Shown here piece after piece: positions 10,051 through 21,567 of a stretch of DNA of 64,000 nucleotides. The notes beneath the pieces are model-generated. The model saw only the letters and a list, made by a program, of their open reading frames with translations. It had not been told where the DNA came from and ran no database searches. The first letter of the stretch is position 1, and every line of letters begins with the position of its first letter. The translations under genes and the position numbers were made by a program. The stretch is from Hydrogenophilales bacterium 12-61-10 (GTDB taxonomy: Bacteria > Pseudomonadota > Gammaproteobacteria > Burkholderiales > Thiobacillaceae), in the NCBI GenBank assembly GCA_002279795.1, contig NCCT01000012.1:8861-72860 (forward strand), in the 5' to 3' direction.

Positions 10051-11112
10051 TCAGGCTTGCTGCTTGTCGTCACCCTGTATCCAGGCGTTGAGCAGCGTAT
10101 AGGTCACGGCGAGCACCACCGGACCGACGAAAATACCCACCAGCCCGAAGCTGACCATGCCGCCGATCACCCCGACAAACATCAGCAGCATCGGCAGGTC
10201 GGCGCCTTTTTTGATCAGATAGGGACGCAGGATGTTATCCAGCGTGCCCACCACCAGCGTCCACACCAACAGGAAAATTCCCCAGCCGGTATCGCCGCTC
10301 CAGAACAGCCAGCCCACTGCGGGAAGTAGAACGAAAACCGGGCCGAGCTGGGCAATGCACAGCATGAACATCAAGGCCGTCAGCACCGCGACCATCGGCA
10401 CGCCGGAGAGAGCCAGCCCGATGCCGCCCAGAATCGATTGCACGACCGCCGTCACCACCACGCCCAGCGCTACGCCCCGTATGGCCTGCCCCGCCAGCAC
10501 GACCACGTTTACGCCGCGTTCACCCGCCAGCCGCAGGCCGAACTGCTTGATCCAGGCAGCGGCCGACTCGCCTCCTGCGTAGAGAATGCCGGCGATCAGC
10601 ACCGTCAGCAGGAACTGGAAGAACACCATGCCGAAGCCGCCGACTTCCGCGACGAACCAGCGCGTGATGTCCTTGGCGTAAGGCGCCAGCTTGACGGCCA
10701 TATCCTGGATGCCGCTGGCGACAAATTGCAGCCAGAATTGCTGGATGCGCTCGCCCACAAGCGGAATGGTGGCGACCCAGTGCGGCGGAGGCGGCACGCG
10801 GGTTTGCGCCAGCCATGCCGACCAGCCCACGATGCGGTCCGCGTTGTCCACCAGCGTGACGATCGCCAGCGCCATCGGCACCAGCAACACCAGCAGCAGG
10901 CTCAACGTCATCACCGCGACGGCAGGCATGCGACGGCCACCGAGCCGCGCCTGAACCTGGAGCATCACGGGCCAGGTGGCGACCACCACCATGGTGGCCC
11001 AGATCAGCGCCGACAGAAAAGGCCGCACGATCCAGAACGAGGCGGCGATCAGCAGGCCGATAAACAGAACGGCAAGCGTGGTCTGGGTCAGGTCGCGCTG
11101 CGTGGGGTTCAT
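10051..11112 (-). CDS. ydiK: AI-2E family transporter (YdiK-like)
   Basis: Polytopic; LIWATMVVVATWP, DNILRPYLI, GIFVGPVVLA. Confidence 0.85.
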   Translation of the reverse strand: MNPTQRDLTQTTLAVLFIGLLIAASFWIVRPFLSALIWATMVVVATWPVMLQVQARLGGRRMPAVAVMTLSLLLVLLVPMALAIVTLVDNADRIVGWSAWLAQTRVPPPPHWVATIPLVGERIQQFWLQFVASGIQDMAVKLAPYAKDITRWFVAEVGGFGMVFFQFLLTVLIAGILYAGGESAAAWIKQFGLRLAGERGVNVVVLAGQAIRGVALGVVVTAVVQSILGGIGLALSGVPMVAVLTALMFMLCIAQLGPVFVLLPAVGWLFWSGDTGWGIFLLVWTLVVGTLDNILRPYLIKKGADLPMLLMFVGVIGGMVSFGLVGIFVGPVVLAVTYTLLNAWIQGDDKQQA

Positions 11113-11172
11113 GGATGCTCGCTTGAAATGAGTCGCGTAAATAATGAAGGGGACGCAGCAAGCGGTGGACGA

Positions 11173-11862
11173 TCAAGCATCCGGCATCACCCGCGCAAAG
11201 CTGTCGATCGCGATGAAGTCTTCGCAATCCTTGTGCGGCTGGCGCGAGTCGGGATTGCAGATTGCAAGCAGGTGGGCGATGCCGTAGGCGCGCGCACTGT
11301 TCAATACCGGCAGGCTGTCGTCGACAAAAAGGGTACGGGTCGGGTCGAACGGCTCGACGGCCTGCAAGCCTTGCCAAAAATCCGGATGCTCTTTCGGCAG
11401 GCCAATCTGGTGCGATGAAATCAGCGCATCGAAATACGGCTCCAGACCGGTTTCACGCATTTTCAGATCGAGGCTTTTGGGATGCGCGTTGGTCACCATG
11501 GTGATGCGCCGGCCGGACGCCCGCACTGCCTGAAGGAACGCCGGCACATCGGGGCGCACGGCGATCAGGTGCGCGACCTCCTGTTTCAGTTGGACGATGT
11601 CCAGCGCAAGTTCGCGCGTCCAGAAGTCGAGGCAATACCAGTTGAGCGTGCCGGCGTGACGTTCGTAATGCGTATCCAGATGCGCCTGTGCCACCGCTTC
11701 GTCAAGGCCGTGATATTGGGCGTAGCGGCGCGGCATGTGCTCGCGCCAGAAGTGGTTGTCGAAATAGAGGTCGAGCAGGGTGCCGTCCATGTCGAGGAAA
11801 ACGGTATCGATCCGATTCCACTGCGGCATCACGCCGCGATCCGGTTGGCTTGGCTGCGCCAT
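11173..11862 (-). CDS. yrfG: HAD-family GMP/IMP nucleotidase YrfG-like
   Basis: DTVFLDMDGTLLDLYFDNHFW, TNAH, FVDDS. Confidence 0.88.
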   Translation of the reverse strand: MAQPSQPDRGVMPQWNRIDTVFLDMDGTLLDLYFDNHFWREHMPRRYAQYHGLDEAVAQAHLDTHYERHAGTLNWYCLDFWTRELALDIVQLKQEVAHLIAVRPDVPAFLQAVRASGRRITMVTNAHPKSLDLKMRETGLEPYFDALISSHQIGLPKEHPDFWQGLQAVEPFDPTRTLFVDDSLPVLNSARAYGIAHLLAICNPDSRQPHKDCEDFIAIDSFARVMPDA

Positions 11863-11866
11863 GCGC

Positions 11867-12823
11867 TCAGAACAACTCGTCTTTGGACATGCCGCGGCGG
11901 CGCAACAGCTGCCGCAACACGCGCAGCGACTCCATCTGGATTTGCCGCACGCGTTCGCGCGTCACCTGCAATTCGGACGCCAGGTCTTCCAGCGTGCAGG
12001 CTTCCAGCCCATTCAGGCCAAAACGCCGCTCGATCACCCAGCGCTGCTTGTCGTTCAACTGCTTCATCCACTCGGTGACGTGATGGCCAATTTCCTCGAG
12101 CTGCAGCATTTCGTCCGGCAGATGAATGTTGTCGTCGGCAATCGCCTCGCCCATCGACAGCGTGGGGTCGATGTCCAGCGGCGCGTCGAGCGAGGTGACG
12201 CGTTCGTTCAACAGCATGATGCGCCGGACATCTTCGACGGGATGACTGGTGAGCGCCGCGATGTCCTCCATCGTGGCATCGACGGTGCCATGGGTTTCGA
12301 GATGGCGCTTGGCGCGCAGGTAGATGTTGAGTTCCTTGATGATGTGCACCGGCAGCCGGATCGTGCGCGACTGGTTCATGATCGCGCGCTCGATGTTCTG
12401 CCGGATCCACCAGGTGGCATAGGTCGAAAAGCGGAAACCGCGCTCGGGGTCGAATTTTTCCAGCGCGTGGATCAGGCCCAGGTTGCCCTCCTCCACCAGA
12501 TCGAGCAGCGTCAGGCCGCGGTTGGCGTAGTGCTTGGCGATGTTGACCACCAGCCGCAGGTTGCGCTCGATCATGGTCTGCCGCGCGTCGAAATCGCCCT
12601 GCACCACAAGCCGTGCCAATGCCGCTTCCTCGACCGCCGTCAGCAGCGGCGACTTGCCGATTTCGTTGAGATAAAGCTGGGTGACGTCGACCTGCGACTC
12701 GCCGAGGATGGCCGATGCCAGCTCTTCCGCACTGTCCACCGCAGCGTGCTCCGGCTCATCCGCTTCACTCAGGGGCAGGTCGTCGGCTTCTTCGATGGGG
12801 TCTTCACCCGGGTCATGTCTCAT
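11867..12823 (-). CDS. rpoS: RNA polymerase sigma factor RpoS
   Basis: [39 protein letters not shown]; canonical position after nlpD. Confidence 0.95.
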   Translation of the reverse strand: MRHDPGEDPIEEADDLPLSEADEPEHAAVDSAEELASAILGESQVDVTQLYLNEIGKSPLLTAVEEAALARLVVQGDFDARQTMIERNLRLVVNIAKHYANRGLTLLDLVEEGNLGLIHALEKFDPERGFRFSTYATWWIRQNIERAIMNQSRTIRLPVHIIKELNIYLRAKRHLETHGTVDATMEDIAALTSHPVEDVRRIMLLNERVTSLDAPLDIDPTLSMGEAIADDNIHLPDEMLQLEEIGHHVTEWMKQLNDKQRWVIERRFGLNGLEACTLEDLASELQVTRERVRQIQMESLRVLRQLLRRRGMSKDELF

Positions 12824-13740
12824 GAACGCTCCGGCAGGTAATCAAGGGGATCAAGCGGCTTGCCATAACGACGGACTTCAAAATGCAGCTTGACCCGATC
12901 TGAATCACTGTCGCCCATCAAGCCAATTCTTTGTCCGGCCGTCACGCTGTCGCCTTCTTTGACCAGAATGGTTTCGTTGTGCGCATAGGCCGACAGAAAC
13001 TCGCCCGCGTGTTTGACGATCAACAGCTTGCCATAGCCACGCAGGCCGCTGCCGCTGTAGACCACTTTGCCTGCGGCGGTCGCGATCACCGGCGTATTGC
13101 GCGCGCCGACGATATCGATGCCCTTGCCGCCCGCTGCGCCAAAGCGACCAGCGAGCGTGCCCTCGGCGGGCCACAGCCAGCTGCCTTGAGCCACCACAGC
13201 AGCGGGCGCCGCAGGAGCAGGTGAAGGAGCAACCGAGGGGGCAACGGCAGGCACCGGCGGCTTGACGGCAACCGTTGCCGGACGCGTGATCTGCGCCCAG
13301 CTGGCGTCCGAGTATGGCAGCAGGACGGCTTGTGGCGTTTGTAACAGGGTGGGTTCCGCCAGCGGCCGCGCTTCGATCCTGGGGCCGTCGTCCAGTGGCT
13401 GAATTTCGACCGCGCCCGGCGGCGGCGTCAGCCGTAGTTCCTGGCCGACGAAAATACGGTCGACCGATTCGACGCGGTTCCAGCGCGCAACATCGCGGTA
13501 ATCCAAGCCATTGGCAAAGGCAATGGCATACAGGGTGTCGCCGCGCTGCACAGTATGGCGGCCCGTGGTGGAGGGGGTGATTGGCTGCGTACGCGGGCGC
13601 GTGGCAGCGGCCTTGCTGCTGCTGGCGGAACTGGCGGTGCGATCGCTCACCGGTGCAGTACCGCTTGACGCGCAACCGCCCAGTCCCAGCACCACCAGGC
13701 CGAATGCCATGCCGGCCAGACCGTGCAGCGCCCGTATCAT
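12820..13740 (-). CDS. nlpD: LysM/M23 lipoprotein NlpD
   Basis: Lipobox LGGC, Lys[12 protein letters not shown]23-like SAYAHN and LHFEVR; synteny. Confidence 0.92.
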   Translation of the reverse strand: MIRALHGLAGMAFGLVVLGLGGCASSGTAPVSDRTASSASSSKAAATRPRTQPITPSTTGRHTVQRGDTLYAIAFANGLDYRDVARWNRVESVDRIFVGQELRLTPPPGAVEIQPLDDGPRIEARPLAEPTLLQTPQAVLLPYSDASWAQITRPATVAVKPPVPAVAPSVAPSPAPAAPAAVVAQGSWLWPAEGTLAGRFGAAGGKGIDIVGARNTPVIATAAGKVVYSGSGLRGYGKLLIVKHAGEFLSAYAHNETILVKEGDSVTAGQRIGLMGDSDSDRVKLHFEVRRYGKPLDPLDYLPERS

Positions 13741-14417
13741 GCGACCCCCGGCAGCAGGGGCACGAACTTCACTCCTTCCAGCAGGCGCTCGGTGTAGGTA
13801 TCGCCCTGGCGTTCCACCACGCACAGGGTCTGGGTCAGGTTGCCCAGCGGCATCACCAGCCGGGCGCCGTCGCCAAGTTGCTGCAGCAGGGCTTGCGGGA
13901 CCTCGCCAAAAGCGGCTGCAATGACGATCGCGTCGAATGGGGCAAAGTCCCTGGCGCCGTTCATGCCATCGCCATGCTTGGGTTTGACGTTGTTGACGCG
14001 TAACTCGCGCAGCCGCACCCGGGTTTTGCCGACCAGCGCGGCGATGCGTTCCATCGACACCACTTCGCGTGCCAGCTTGCCCAGCACGGTGGCCTGATAG
14101 CCACAGCCGAGACCGATTTCCAGCACGCGGCCGAGCGGCCGTCCCTGCCCGGCTTCGCCATGGCGCGCCAGTTCGGCCATCCGCGCCACGATGTGGGGAT
14201 TGGAGATCGTCTGCCCAAAGCCGATCGGCAGCGCTGTATCTTCGTAGGCACGCGATTCCAGCGCCTGATCGACGAACAGGTGGCGCGGCACTTGACCCAT
14301 GGCAGACAACACCATTTCATCCTTGATGCCAAGTTCGCGCAGGCGCTCGACCATGCGGCCCCGCGTGCGCGCCGACGTCATGCCGATGCCGGCGCGGGGA
14401 TTCAGGGTTTCAGCCAT
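13737..14417 (-). CDS. pcm: Protein-L-isoaspartate O-methyltransferase
   Basis: [37 protein letters not shown]; synteny. Confidence 0.93.
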   Translation of the reverse strand: MAETLNPRAGIGMTSARTRGRMVERLRELGIKDEMVLSAMGQVPRHLFVDQALESRAYEDTALPIGFGQTISNPHIVARMAELARHGEAGQGRPLGRVLEIGLGCGYQATVLGKLAREVVSMERIAALVGKTRVRLRELRVNNVKPKHGDGMNGARDFAPFDAIVIAAAFGEVPQALLQQLGDGARLVMPLGNLTQTLCVVERQGDTYTERLLEGVKFVPLLPGVA

Positions 14418-15145
14418 GCGTTGACACTGTCCATCTGGTTGTAGCGGGTCAAATCCATCTGCAACGGGGTGATCGACACCTGGCCATTGGCCACGGCGAA
14501 GAAATCGGTGCCCTCGCCCGCATCGGCCGCCGCGCCGGCAGCGCCCACCCAGTAAACGGTCTGGCCGCGCGGGTTGGTGGTTTTTACCACCGATTCGGCC
14601 TTGTGGCGCTTGCCCAGCCGGGTCACGCTGGTGCCGACGAGATCGTCCCAGCTGCAATCCGGCACGTTGACGTTGAGCAGCATGGGCTCGGCCGGCGGTT
14701 GTGCCTGAATGCGCCGCACCAGATCGGCCACCACGCGCGCGGCGGTATCGAAATGCCTGGCGTTATGGCTGGCAAGCGAGACCGCAATCGCCGGAATCCC
14801 CAGCAGATAGCCTTCGGTGGCGGCAGCAACCGTGCCGGAATAGATGGTGTCGTCGCCCATGTTGGCGCCGTGATTGATGCCGGAAATCACCATGTCAGGC
14901 AGATGGTCCAGCATGCCGGTGACAGCCAGATGCACGCAATCGGTCGGCGTGCCGTTGACGTAATAAAACCCGCTCGGCGCCTGCCGCAGCAGCAGCGGCC
15001 GGTCCAGCGTCAGCGAATTGGACGCGCCGCTGCGGTCGCGTTCGGGCGCCACCACGGTGATGTCGGCCAGTTCGCGCAGCGCGTCGGCCAGCGCAGCCAG
15101 CCCCGGCGCAAAATAACCATCGTCATTGGAAAGCAGGATGCGCAT
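14402..15145 (-). CDS. surE: 5'/3'-nucleotidase SurE
   Basis: [33 protein letters not shown]. Confidence 0.96.
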   Translation of the reverse strand: MRILLSNDDGYFAPGLAALADALRELADITVVAPERDRSGASNSLTLDRPLLLRQAPSGFYYVNGTPTDCVHLAVTGMLDHLPDMVISGINHGANMGDDTIYSGTVAAATEGYLLGIPAIAVSLASHNARHFDTAARVVADLVRRIQAQPPAEPMLLNVNVPDCSWDDLVGTSVTRLGKRHKAESVVKTTNPRGQTVYWVGAAGAAADAGEGTDFFAVANGQVSITPLQMDLTRYNQMDSVNAWLKP

Positions 15146-15326
15146 CAGCAGGTGCCTCGCGGCTGGAGAGACTCAATATGCTGGACATTCATGGAGAAAA
15201 AGCAGGCTTCAAACATGCGGGCGATTCTAACACCGGGCTGCAGCTGATTCAGTCTGAACCGGGCATCGGGGCCGTTTGCTGCAGTCATCAGCGCGCCCCG
15301 GCTGCCATTCCCGGCCACCCCGCAAA

Positions 15327-18300
15327 TCAGTCGTATTCGATCGTGTAAAAAACATCCACTCCGGTCGCCGTGCCGGTGGTCGCCTCGACCCGGATTTTGG
15401 ACGAAAGCTGGTAGATCGCCTTGACGACCTGTTCCAGTCCATCGAGGCTTTGCCCATAACTCATCATCAGCCTGGAGTTGATACGCTTGCCCACGCTCAC
15501 CACGGTGGTCGCCAGGTCTTCCGGATTGCTCCCTTCGCGTATCTCGAAGCTGTCGATAGACAACGCCTCGGCCAGACGGCTTTGCAGGCTGACGGATTCC
15601 GCCTGGCTCAACAGCGCGCCGGCCATCAACTGCAGCATGCCGAATTGCGCGCTGTCTCCCGAGTCCAGCCCATGTCCGAACACCATCCATGAAAGCGTTT
15701 CGGTATCTGGCATGCCGGGCTCGGAATACAGCTTGGCCCGTGGCCGCTCGACCGTGCCGCTGACCTTGACGCCGGCAATGACGTCGCCGGTCTTGCGCAC
15801 GGCAAGAATGTCGAGGTTGGGGTTGTTGAGCGGTCCGGTAAAGCTGAGGATGCCGCGCGTGATGTCGAGCGTTTGCCCGTACACCGAGTAACGCCCTTTG
15901 ACCACGCGGATACTGCCTTCGCCGCGCAGCAGCTCGTTGCGGGTGAACACGCGAATGTTGCCGCCGAGACGGGCATCCAGTCCGGCACCCTTGAACAGGA
16001 AATCGTCCCCCAGATCAAACCGCAGGTTCAGATCCAGCGGGGTGCGCCGGGTCACGGACTCGGAACGCGGCGGTTGCCCGACCACCACCACATCGTCCGA
16101 CAGCTGCGGGCGGCTCGCTTCCGGCCGCTCCAGACGGGCCTTGTCGGCACGCAGATCGCCGTCCAGCGTCACGCGCCCGTCTGCATAGCCCAGCCGGGTG
16201 TTGCCTGACAGCCACAGCATGCGGTCGCTGCGCGTAAACATCGCAAACTGCTCGAAGTTCAGCGTCAGGCCGCCAGCAGGGTTGCGCCAGGACGCTTCGC
16301 CCGTCAGCAAAATGCGGCCACTCCTCATCCGGCATGCTGAAGCGGATGCCGCTAGCCGTCAGCGCGCCGTTCAGTACCGGTGCCGCCAGCGTGCCGCTGC
16401 CGGCGAGATCGAACGCGAGTCGCCCATCCGCCTTGACTCCCGGCGGCAGCAACAACTGCAGCGCGCGCAGGTCTGGCAGCATGGCCTGGGCGGTCCAGTT
16501 CGTCGGCGCGCTGCGCAGCAAAACCAGCTTGGCGCCCTCGCGCGTCAGGCGGGTGCGGCCTTCTGCATGCAGTTGCCCGGTTGCGTCTGTCTTGGCATCC
16601 AGCCGGGCGCTGACCTGATTCGATACCGCCTGCAGGTCCAGATTGAGCGCGGTCAGGCCGAGCTTGAGCGCCGGGTCGGTCAACGTCACATCGCCCGACT
16701 GGCGGCGCAATGCCACACGGCCATCCAGCGCGTCGCCCAGCCGGACATCCCATTCGCCGCTCAGCCGCAGGTCGGTGCGCAGCGGCGGTGGCTTGTCCAG
16801 CAGATCCAGCAAGGGCGCGATCGGCAGGTCGCCCAGCTTGCCGCGCGTCTTGATCTGGCCGGCCTCGAGCGCGAGGCTGTCCAGCGTGATGTGGCCCCCC
16901 GCCAGGCTGAATGCGGCCGCATCGATGCGTTGCGCCTGTCGACCCAGACTCAGGCTGGCGGGTGCCAGCAGGCGTAGCGGCCAGGCGCCGTCGAGTGTCG
17001 CCTGTTGCAGGTGGCCATGCCACACCTGCGCGGCGTCCAGCCCGCCTTGCGCGCGCAGCATGAGCTGCCAGTCTGGCAGTCGCGCATCGAGTTCGATGCG
17101 GTGGGCGTTGCGCCGACCCTGCACTAAGGCGCGGGCCGATGAAACCGATTGCCCGCCCAGCGCCAGCCCGCTGCCCAGCACCTCGCCGTTGAACACGCCA
17201 CTTGGCGACGCCTGCATGTCAAGGCGCAGGTCCAGGCTGTCGGCAGCAATGCCGCCGGGCAGCCGCAGCCCGCGCGCTTGCGCCTTCATCTTGATCTGCG
17301 GTTGCCTGGGGTTGCCCGACACGCTGCCTGCGCTGTCGAGTTGCCCGGCCAGTGCCACGCCCAGATAGCGCGTTCCCAGTCGGGCCAGCCGGTTCAGCGC
17401 CGGCGCGTGGATATTCCATTTCGCCTGAACGCGGGATTTTGAATACTCGCCGCTCAGTTGCACCGTATTGCCTGCCAGATTCACATCGACCTCGGTATCG
17501 AACAGACGGCCCGCGGCAAAATTCAGCCGGCCCTTGCCCACCACCGGATGACCTTCAAGCTGGCCTGGCGGCAACTCGAAACCCGCCTTGAGGCGGATGC
17601 CCGGTTTAAGCGCGCCCGAAACCTCGCCCCGCGCATTGAGACGGGCCTGCGGAAACGCGCCGAAACGTGCCGGATTGAAGCGCGCGATATCGAATTTGGC
17701 GCTGAAAGCCTGGGTGCCGCCCAGATTCATGCGTCCCGACGCTGCCACTTGGCCGCCGTGTTTGCCACTCAAATCAAGCGCTTCCAGCAGCAGCGAGCCC
17801 GCATCGTGCGTCAGCGCGAATTGCCCCTGGCCATAGTTGCCGTCGATTCGGGCGTGCAGGCGCTGGCGGGCGCTGTCGCCGCTCAACTGCAACGCCGTTT
17901 GAATACGGCTGGCATACAGGCTGCTATGCAACCCGGCCAGATTCCCGCCGCGCCAAGGTCGATTTCCAGCGCGCTGAAATCGGCGCTCTGGGCATCGCCC
18001 AGTACCGCGCCGACCAGCTGCATCAGCGGCAAGCGGCCGCTATCGAGTTTGCCGGCATCGGTGTTGCTCAAACTGAAACTGCCCAGCAGGCGCTGGCCCG
18101 GCTGCTGCTCGAACACGCCCGAAAACGCCAGCCGGGCGGTCGGCGCGCCCGCAACCCATTGCGCCGGGTTGATGCCCTGCCCCGCCACCAGCAGGCGCGG
18201 CAGCAGCAGGTCGGCAAACGGCGCAACTTCGCCCGACGCCAGTGCGTTCATGTCCTTGGCCGTGGCGTCCAGCTTGAACTGGATCGCGTCCAGCCTGCCC

Positions 18301-18833
18301 TGCAGATCAAGCCCGGCTTGCGCCGGCAAGGGGTCGCCACGCAAGGCGTCAAAGCGTCCCCTCAAGGCGAACGGCGCGTCCTGCGCGATGCTCGCCTGCC
18401 CGCGCACGCTGGCCCACGGGGTCACCAGCGAGTCGAGTTGTAACTGCCATAAGCCGAACGGCAAGCGCAGGCTGGCAGGCAGCGTCGACGGCTCGACGCT
18501 GGGTTTGAGCATTTCCACCACGACCCGCTGCGCACTGAGCTGCTGAATCACCAGACGGCGCTGCCACAGCGCACGCGGCTGCCAGTCCAGCCGCGCCTGT
18601 TCAACCCGGATGCGCTGGGTGGCGCTGTTGAATTCCAGGGTCCGCACGGCAAGCGAGGGACTCAGCAAATGGCCTTCGACGCCTTCGATTTTGAGTCTGC
18701 CCTGGCTCAGGCTCGACAATTCGCCGGTCAGCCAGCGCATGCCGTCCGGGGTCGCGGCCAGCCAGCCCAGCCCGCCGAGCAAGGCCAGCAGCAGCAAGAC
18801 GAGCGCGACAAAAGTCCACAGCAGGCGCTTCAA
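15327..18833 (-). pseudogene. tamB: Translocation/assembly module TamB, split into three ORFs (true lesions or assembly errors)
   Basis: ORFs 17883-18833, 16015-17931 and 15327-16328 give consecutive TamB parts, ending in a DUF490-like C-terminus (GPLNNPNLDI...GVDVFYTIEYD); frame changes near 17940 and 16325. Confidence 0.8.
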
Positions 18834-20602
18834 AATGCCACCCCCAGCTGAAACTGCAGCAGCACATTGCCGGTTTCCTTGCCGTAGGCCAGATCGACAT
18901 TGATCGGACCGATCGGCGATTTGTAGCGCGCGCCCACACCCACCCCGAGGGCCGGCACCAGTTCATTGAAACTGTCCGCCGCATCGCCGGCGTCGACAAA
19001 CACGGCGGCGCCCCAGGTCGGGGTAAAGAAATAGTTGTATTCCACACTGACTGTCGCCAGGTTGCGCACCGGTTCCACGCCGCCCGGCACGTCGAGACCC
19101 AGGCTCTGGTACTGATAGCCGCGCACCGAGTTTTCACCGCCGGCGCGAAACAGGAAATCGGAGGGAATGCCTTCACGGCCGTCCGCCAGCACCGCGCCGA
19201 GTTCGCCGCGCAGGATCAGCCGCTCCCGGGGTCCCAGTCTGAAAAACTCGGTATGGCGGCCATACAGCCGCACGAAGCTGGCGTCGGACAGCAGCGCGTC
19301 CGACGCCCCCGCCACCTGCAAATGCGTGATATGGCCGCGCACCGGATAAAACGCCCGGCCATCGGTTCGGTGCGTCCACGCATAGCCCAGACTGAGCGCC
19401 TGATTTTGCGTGCTCGCCGTCTGGCCCACCGTCTGATTCTCGATCTGATATTGCAGCGACAGCGTGGCATCGATGCGGTCGCGCTTGCGATTGCGGCTGA
19501 CCCCGGTTTTCCAGGTCTCGGTGACCAGACCTTCGATATCTTTCTGGATGTACGACACCGACGCCCGGTTTTCATAGCCCCGGGCTGAACGCGGCCAAGC
19601 CAGCTCGGCCAGCCCGGAGTTTTCTCCGGTCTCCAGCTTGAGTCCCAGCTTCAGTCGCACCCCTGCATCGAACATATCGCGGTGCAGATACGTCGCCTGC
19701 ACCCGGGCGCCGGTATCCGTGCTGTAGCCGACACCCAGGCTCACCTGCTTTTCCTTGCGCTCGATCACCGACACCCGGATCGGAACCGCCGCCGCCTGTG
19801 CGGGATCAGGGTCAACCTGCACGATCACCTGGGTAAAGTAGCCGCTGGCATCCAGTGCCTGCTGAAAGTCCTGCAACTGCACCTGGCGGAAGGGCTCACC
19901 GGGCGCAGTCGGGTTCAGCGCCTGGATCACGCTGTCGGGATAACGCTCGTTGCCGCTGATTTGCAGCGGGCCATAAAAAAACGCCGGGCCGCTGTCGACG
20001 ACCAACGAAAGCGTGGCGTGCTGTGTCGCCGGATCGACCTTGGCCTCGCTGCCGGCCAGGCGTGCCGCCGGGTACACATTCAGCAGCAGCGGCCGCAACG
20101 CCGCCAGCTTGGCCGCATCCCAATCCGCCTGGCGAAAGGGCATGCCCGGCTTCAGCGCAAAGTTGGCCTGGATCCGCTCACGCAAACGCTTGTTGCGCGC
20201 GTCCAGCCCGGCCTGGCCAGTCTCGTCCGGACCCGTCCCGGCAATGGCTCCTTCGAAACGGATGCTGACTGCCTCGATCGAGGTGCGCGGCCCTGCCTCC
20301 ACCGAATAGCGCACGACCTGAGCCGCACCCGCACCCTCGATAACCGAACTGATCCGGGGAGAGAAATAGCCTTCGGTCGCCAGCAACTCATGTGCCGTTT
20401 TCAGGCTCGCCTGCTGCAGGCGCTGCAACTCCTCCGCCGTCACGTCCTCACCCTGGCGCGCCGCACGAGCGGTTTCAAGGTACTGCTCCAGCATCGGCCT
20501 CAATTCATCAGGCGCATCAACCCGCACCTCCAGCGCATGCGCGGAAGTGGAAACCACCCCGATCAGGGACAGCAATGCGAGAAGGAAAAGATGGCGTCGC
20601 AA
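18830..20602 (-). CDS. tamA: Autotransporter assembly factor TamA (Omp85 family)
   Basis: POTRA-like repeats, FRAGGENSVRGY, SPIGPINVDLAYG, terminal Phe; upstream of tamB. Confidence 0.9.
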   Translation of the reverse strand: MRRHLFLLALLSLIGVVSTSAHALEVRVDAPDELRPMLEQYLETARAARQGEDVTAEELQRLQQASLKTAHELLATEGYFSPRISSVIEGAGAAQVVRYSVEAGPRTSIEAVSIRFEGAIAGTGPDETGQAGLDARNKRLRERIQANFALKPGMPFRQADWDAAKLAALRPLLLNVYPAARLAGSEAKVDPATQHATLSLVVDSGPAFFYGPLQISGNERYPDSVIQALNPTAPGEPFRQVQLQDFQQALDASGYFTQVIVQVDPDPAQAAAVPIRVSVIERKEKQVSLGVGYSTDTGARVQATYLHRDMFDAGVRLKLGLKLETGENSGLAELAWPRSARGYENRASVSYIQKDIEGLVTETWKTGVSRNRKRDRIDATLSLQYQIENQTVGQTASTQNQALSLGYAWTHRTDGRAFYPVRGHITHLQVAGASDALLSDASFVRLYGRHTEFFRLGPRERLILRGELGAVLADGREGIPSDFLFRAGGENSVRGYQYQSLGLDVPGGVEPVRNLATVSVEYNYFFTPTWGAAVFVDAGDAADSFNELVPALGVGVGARYKSPIGPINVDLAYGKETGNVLLQFQLGVAF

Positions 20603-20768
20603 GTACTAAAGTGGAAAAGCAGGACAAGGCAGGATTTTAGGCGAGAACCCAGCCCCCCAAGCCAAACGGCGAATGCGTTCGTCCCGATCCCGGATATCGA
20701 TGCAAAAAGCCCGGGGAACTTTTATTCAGGGAGCGGCTCAATGCAGTACACTTGAAGCAGCAACACAA

Positions 20769-21135
20769 GGGGGCGACCTGGTTTCGACGGGGGTCGCGAA
20801 GCAGCGCAGGGCATACCGAGGGTCAGAGTACCTCGTAAATCCAACTGAAAATCGTTTAAACGCAAACGACGAAACTTACGCTCTAGCCGCTTAATTGCGC
20901 TAGACCCTACACCAGCCAGCATACGGGTTGGGCCGGGCAACCGGCAGTAGGGTAATCTCAGTATGATCGTGGCTGTCCGGGTGGCTTGGGCAGACATTAA
21001 ATCAAGGCCACTCGCCAAAGTTCAGCCTGTTCGGCGGGCGTAACCCAGGTTAAAGCAATAAATCACCGGACTAAGTATGTAGATCTGTCTGTAGAGGGCC
21101 TTCGGACGCGGGTTCGATTCCCGCCGCCTCCACCA
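20769..21135 (+). ncRNA. ssrA: tmRNA, tag peptide (A)ANDETYALAA
   Basis: 5' GGGGGCG pairs with 3' CGCCTCC-ACCA including the G3-U pair; T-loop GGTTCGATTCC; internal gcaaacgacgaaacttacgctctagccgcttaa. Confidence 0.97.
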
Positions 21136-21195
21136 CGAATTCCTCCTGTAGTACCTTGCGCCGTCCACGAGACGGCGTTTTTATTGGGCTTGGGC
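21127..21195 (+). repeat. attL-like 69-bp direct repeat (tmRNA 3' end plus terminator)
   Basis: Identical to 24526-24594; contains the hairpin cgccgtc-cacga-gacggcg followed by ttttt. Confidence 0.9.
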
Positions 21196-21567
21196 GGGAT
21201 TTCTGTCCAATATCGACTTGTATCGTCCAGCACCTTCCGGCCATAACGGGGTTTCAATGGGGGCACCACCCCAAATCGAACTGGTGAAAAAACCATGGCT
21301 GGGGGTATTGGCGACGAAATAACATATATAGGCGTTAAGGCGTTAATCGGGAATGGTGGTGGCTCTGGCGAGGTGGGCACCAAGGCGGTTGACTTGGTGT
21401 TCATCGTGGGGCTCCTGGGTCGTCGGATGACGCCACCTTTCACGCGTGGTCAATCAAGAAGCCACGTCTTGCCAAATGGGGTAATTCTTCACTTATCAGG
21501 GTAATGGAGAAGCCATATACCCCAATTAAGGGTAGGATTACCCCATTTTCGGCCCCTGAAACCAACC

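Noticed and set aside
20673-20894. 73-aa ORF ending in ANDETYALAA
   Set aside because: This is the tmRNA tag reading frame, not a protein gene
21063-21443. 126-aa reverse ORF at the left island end
   Set aside because: Runs antisense through tmRNA and has no recognisable domain; at most a small gene remnant near 21300-21405
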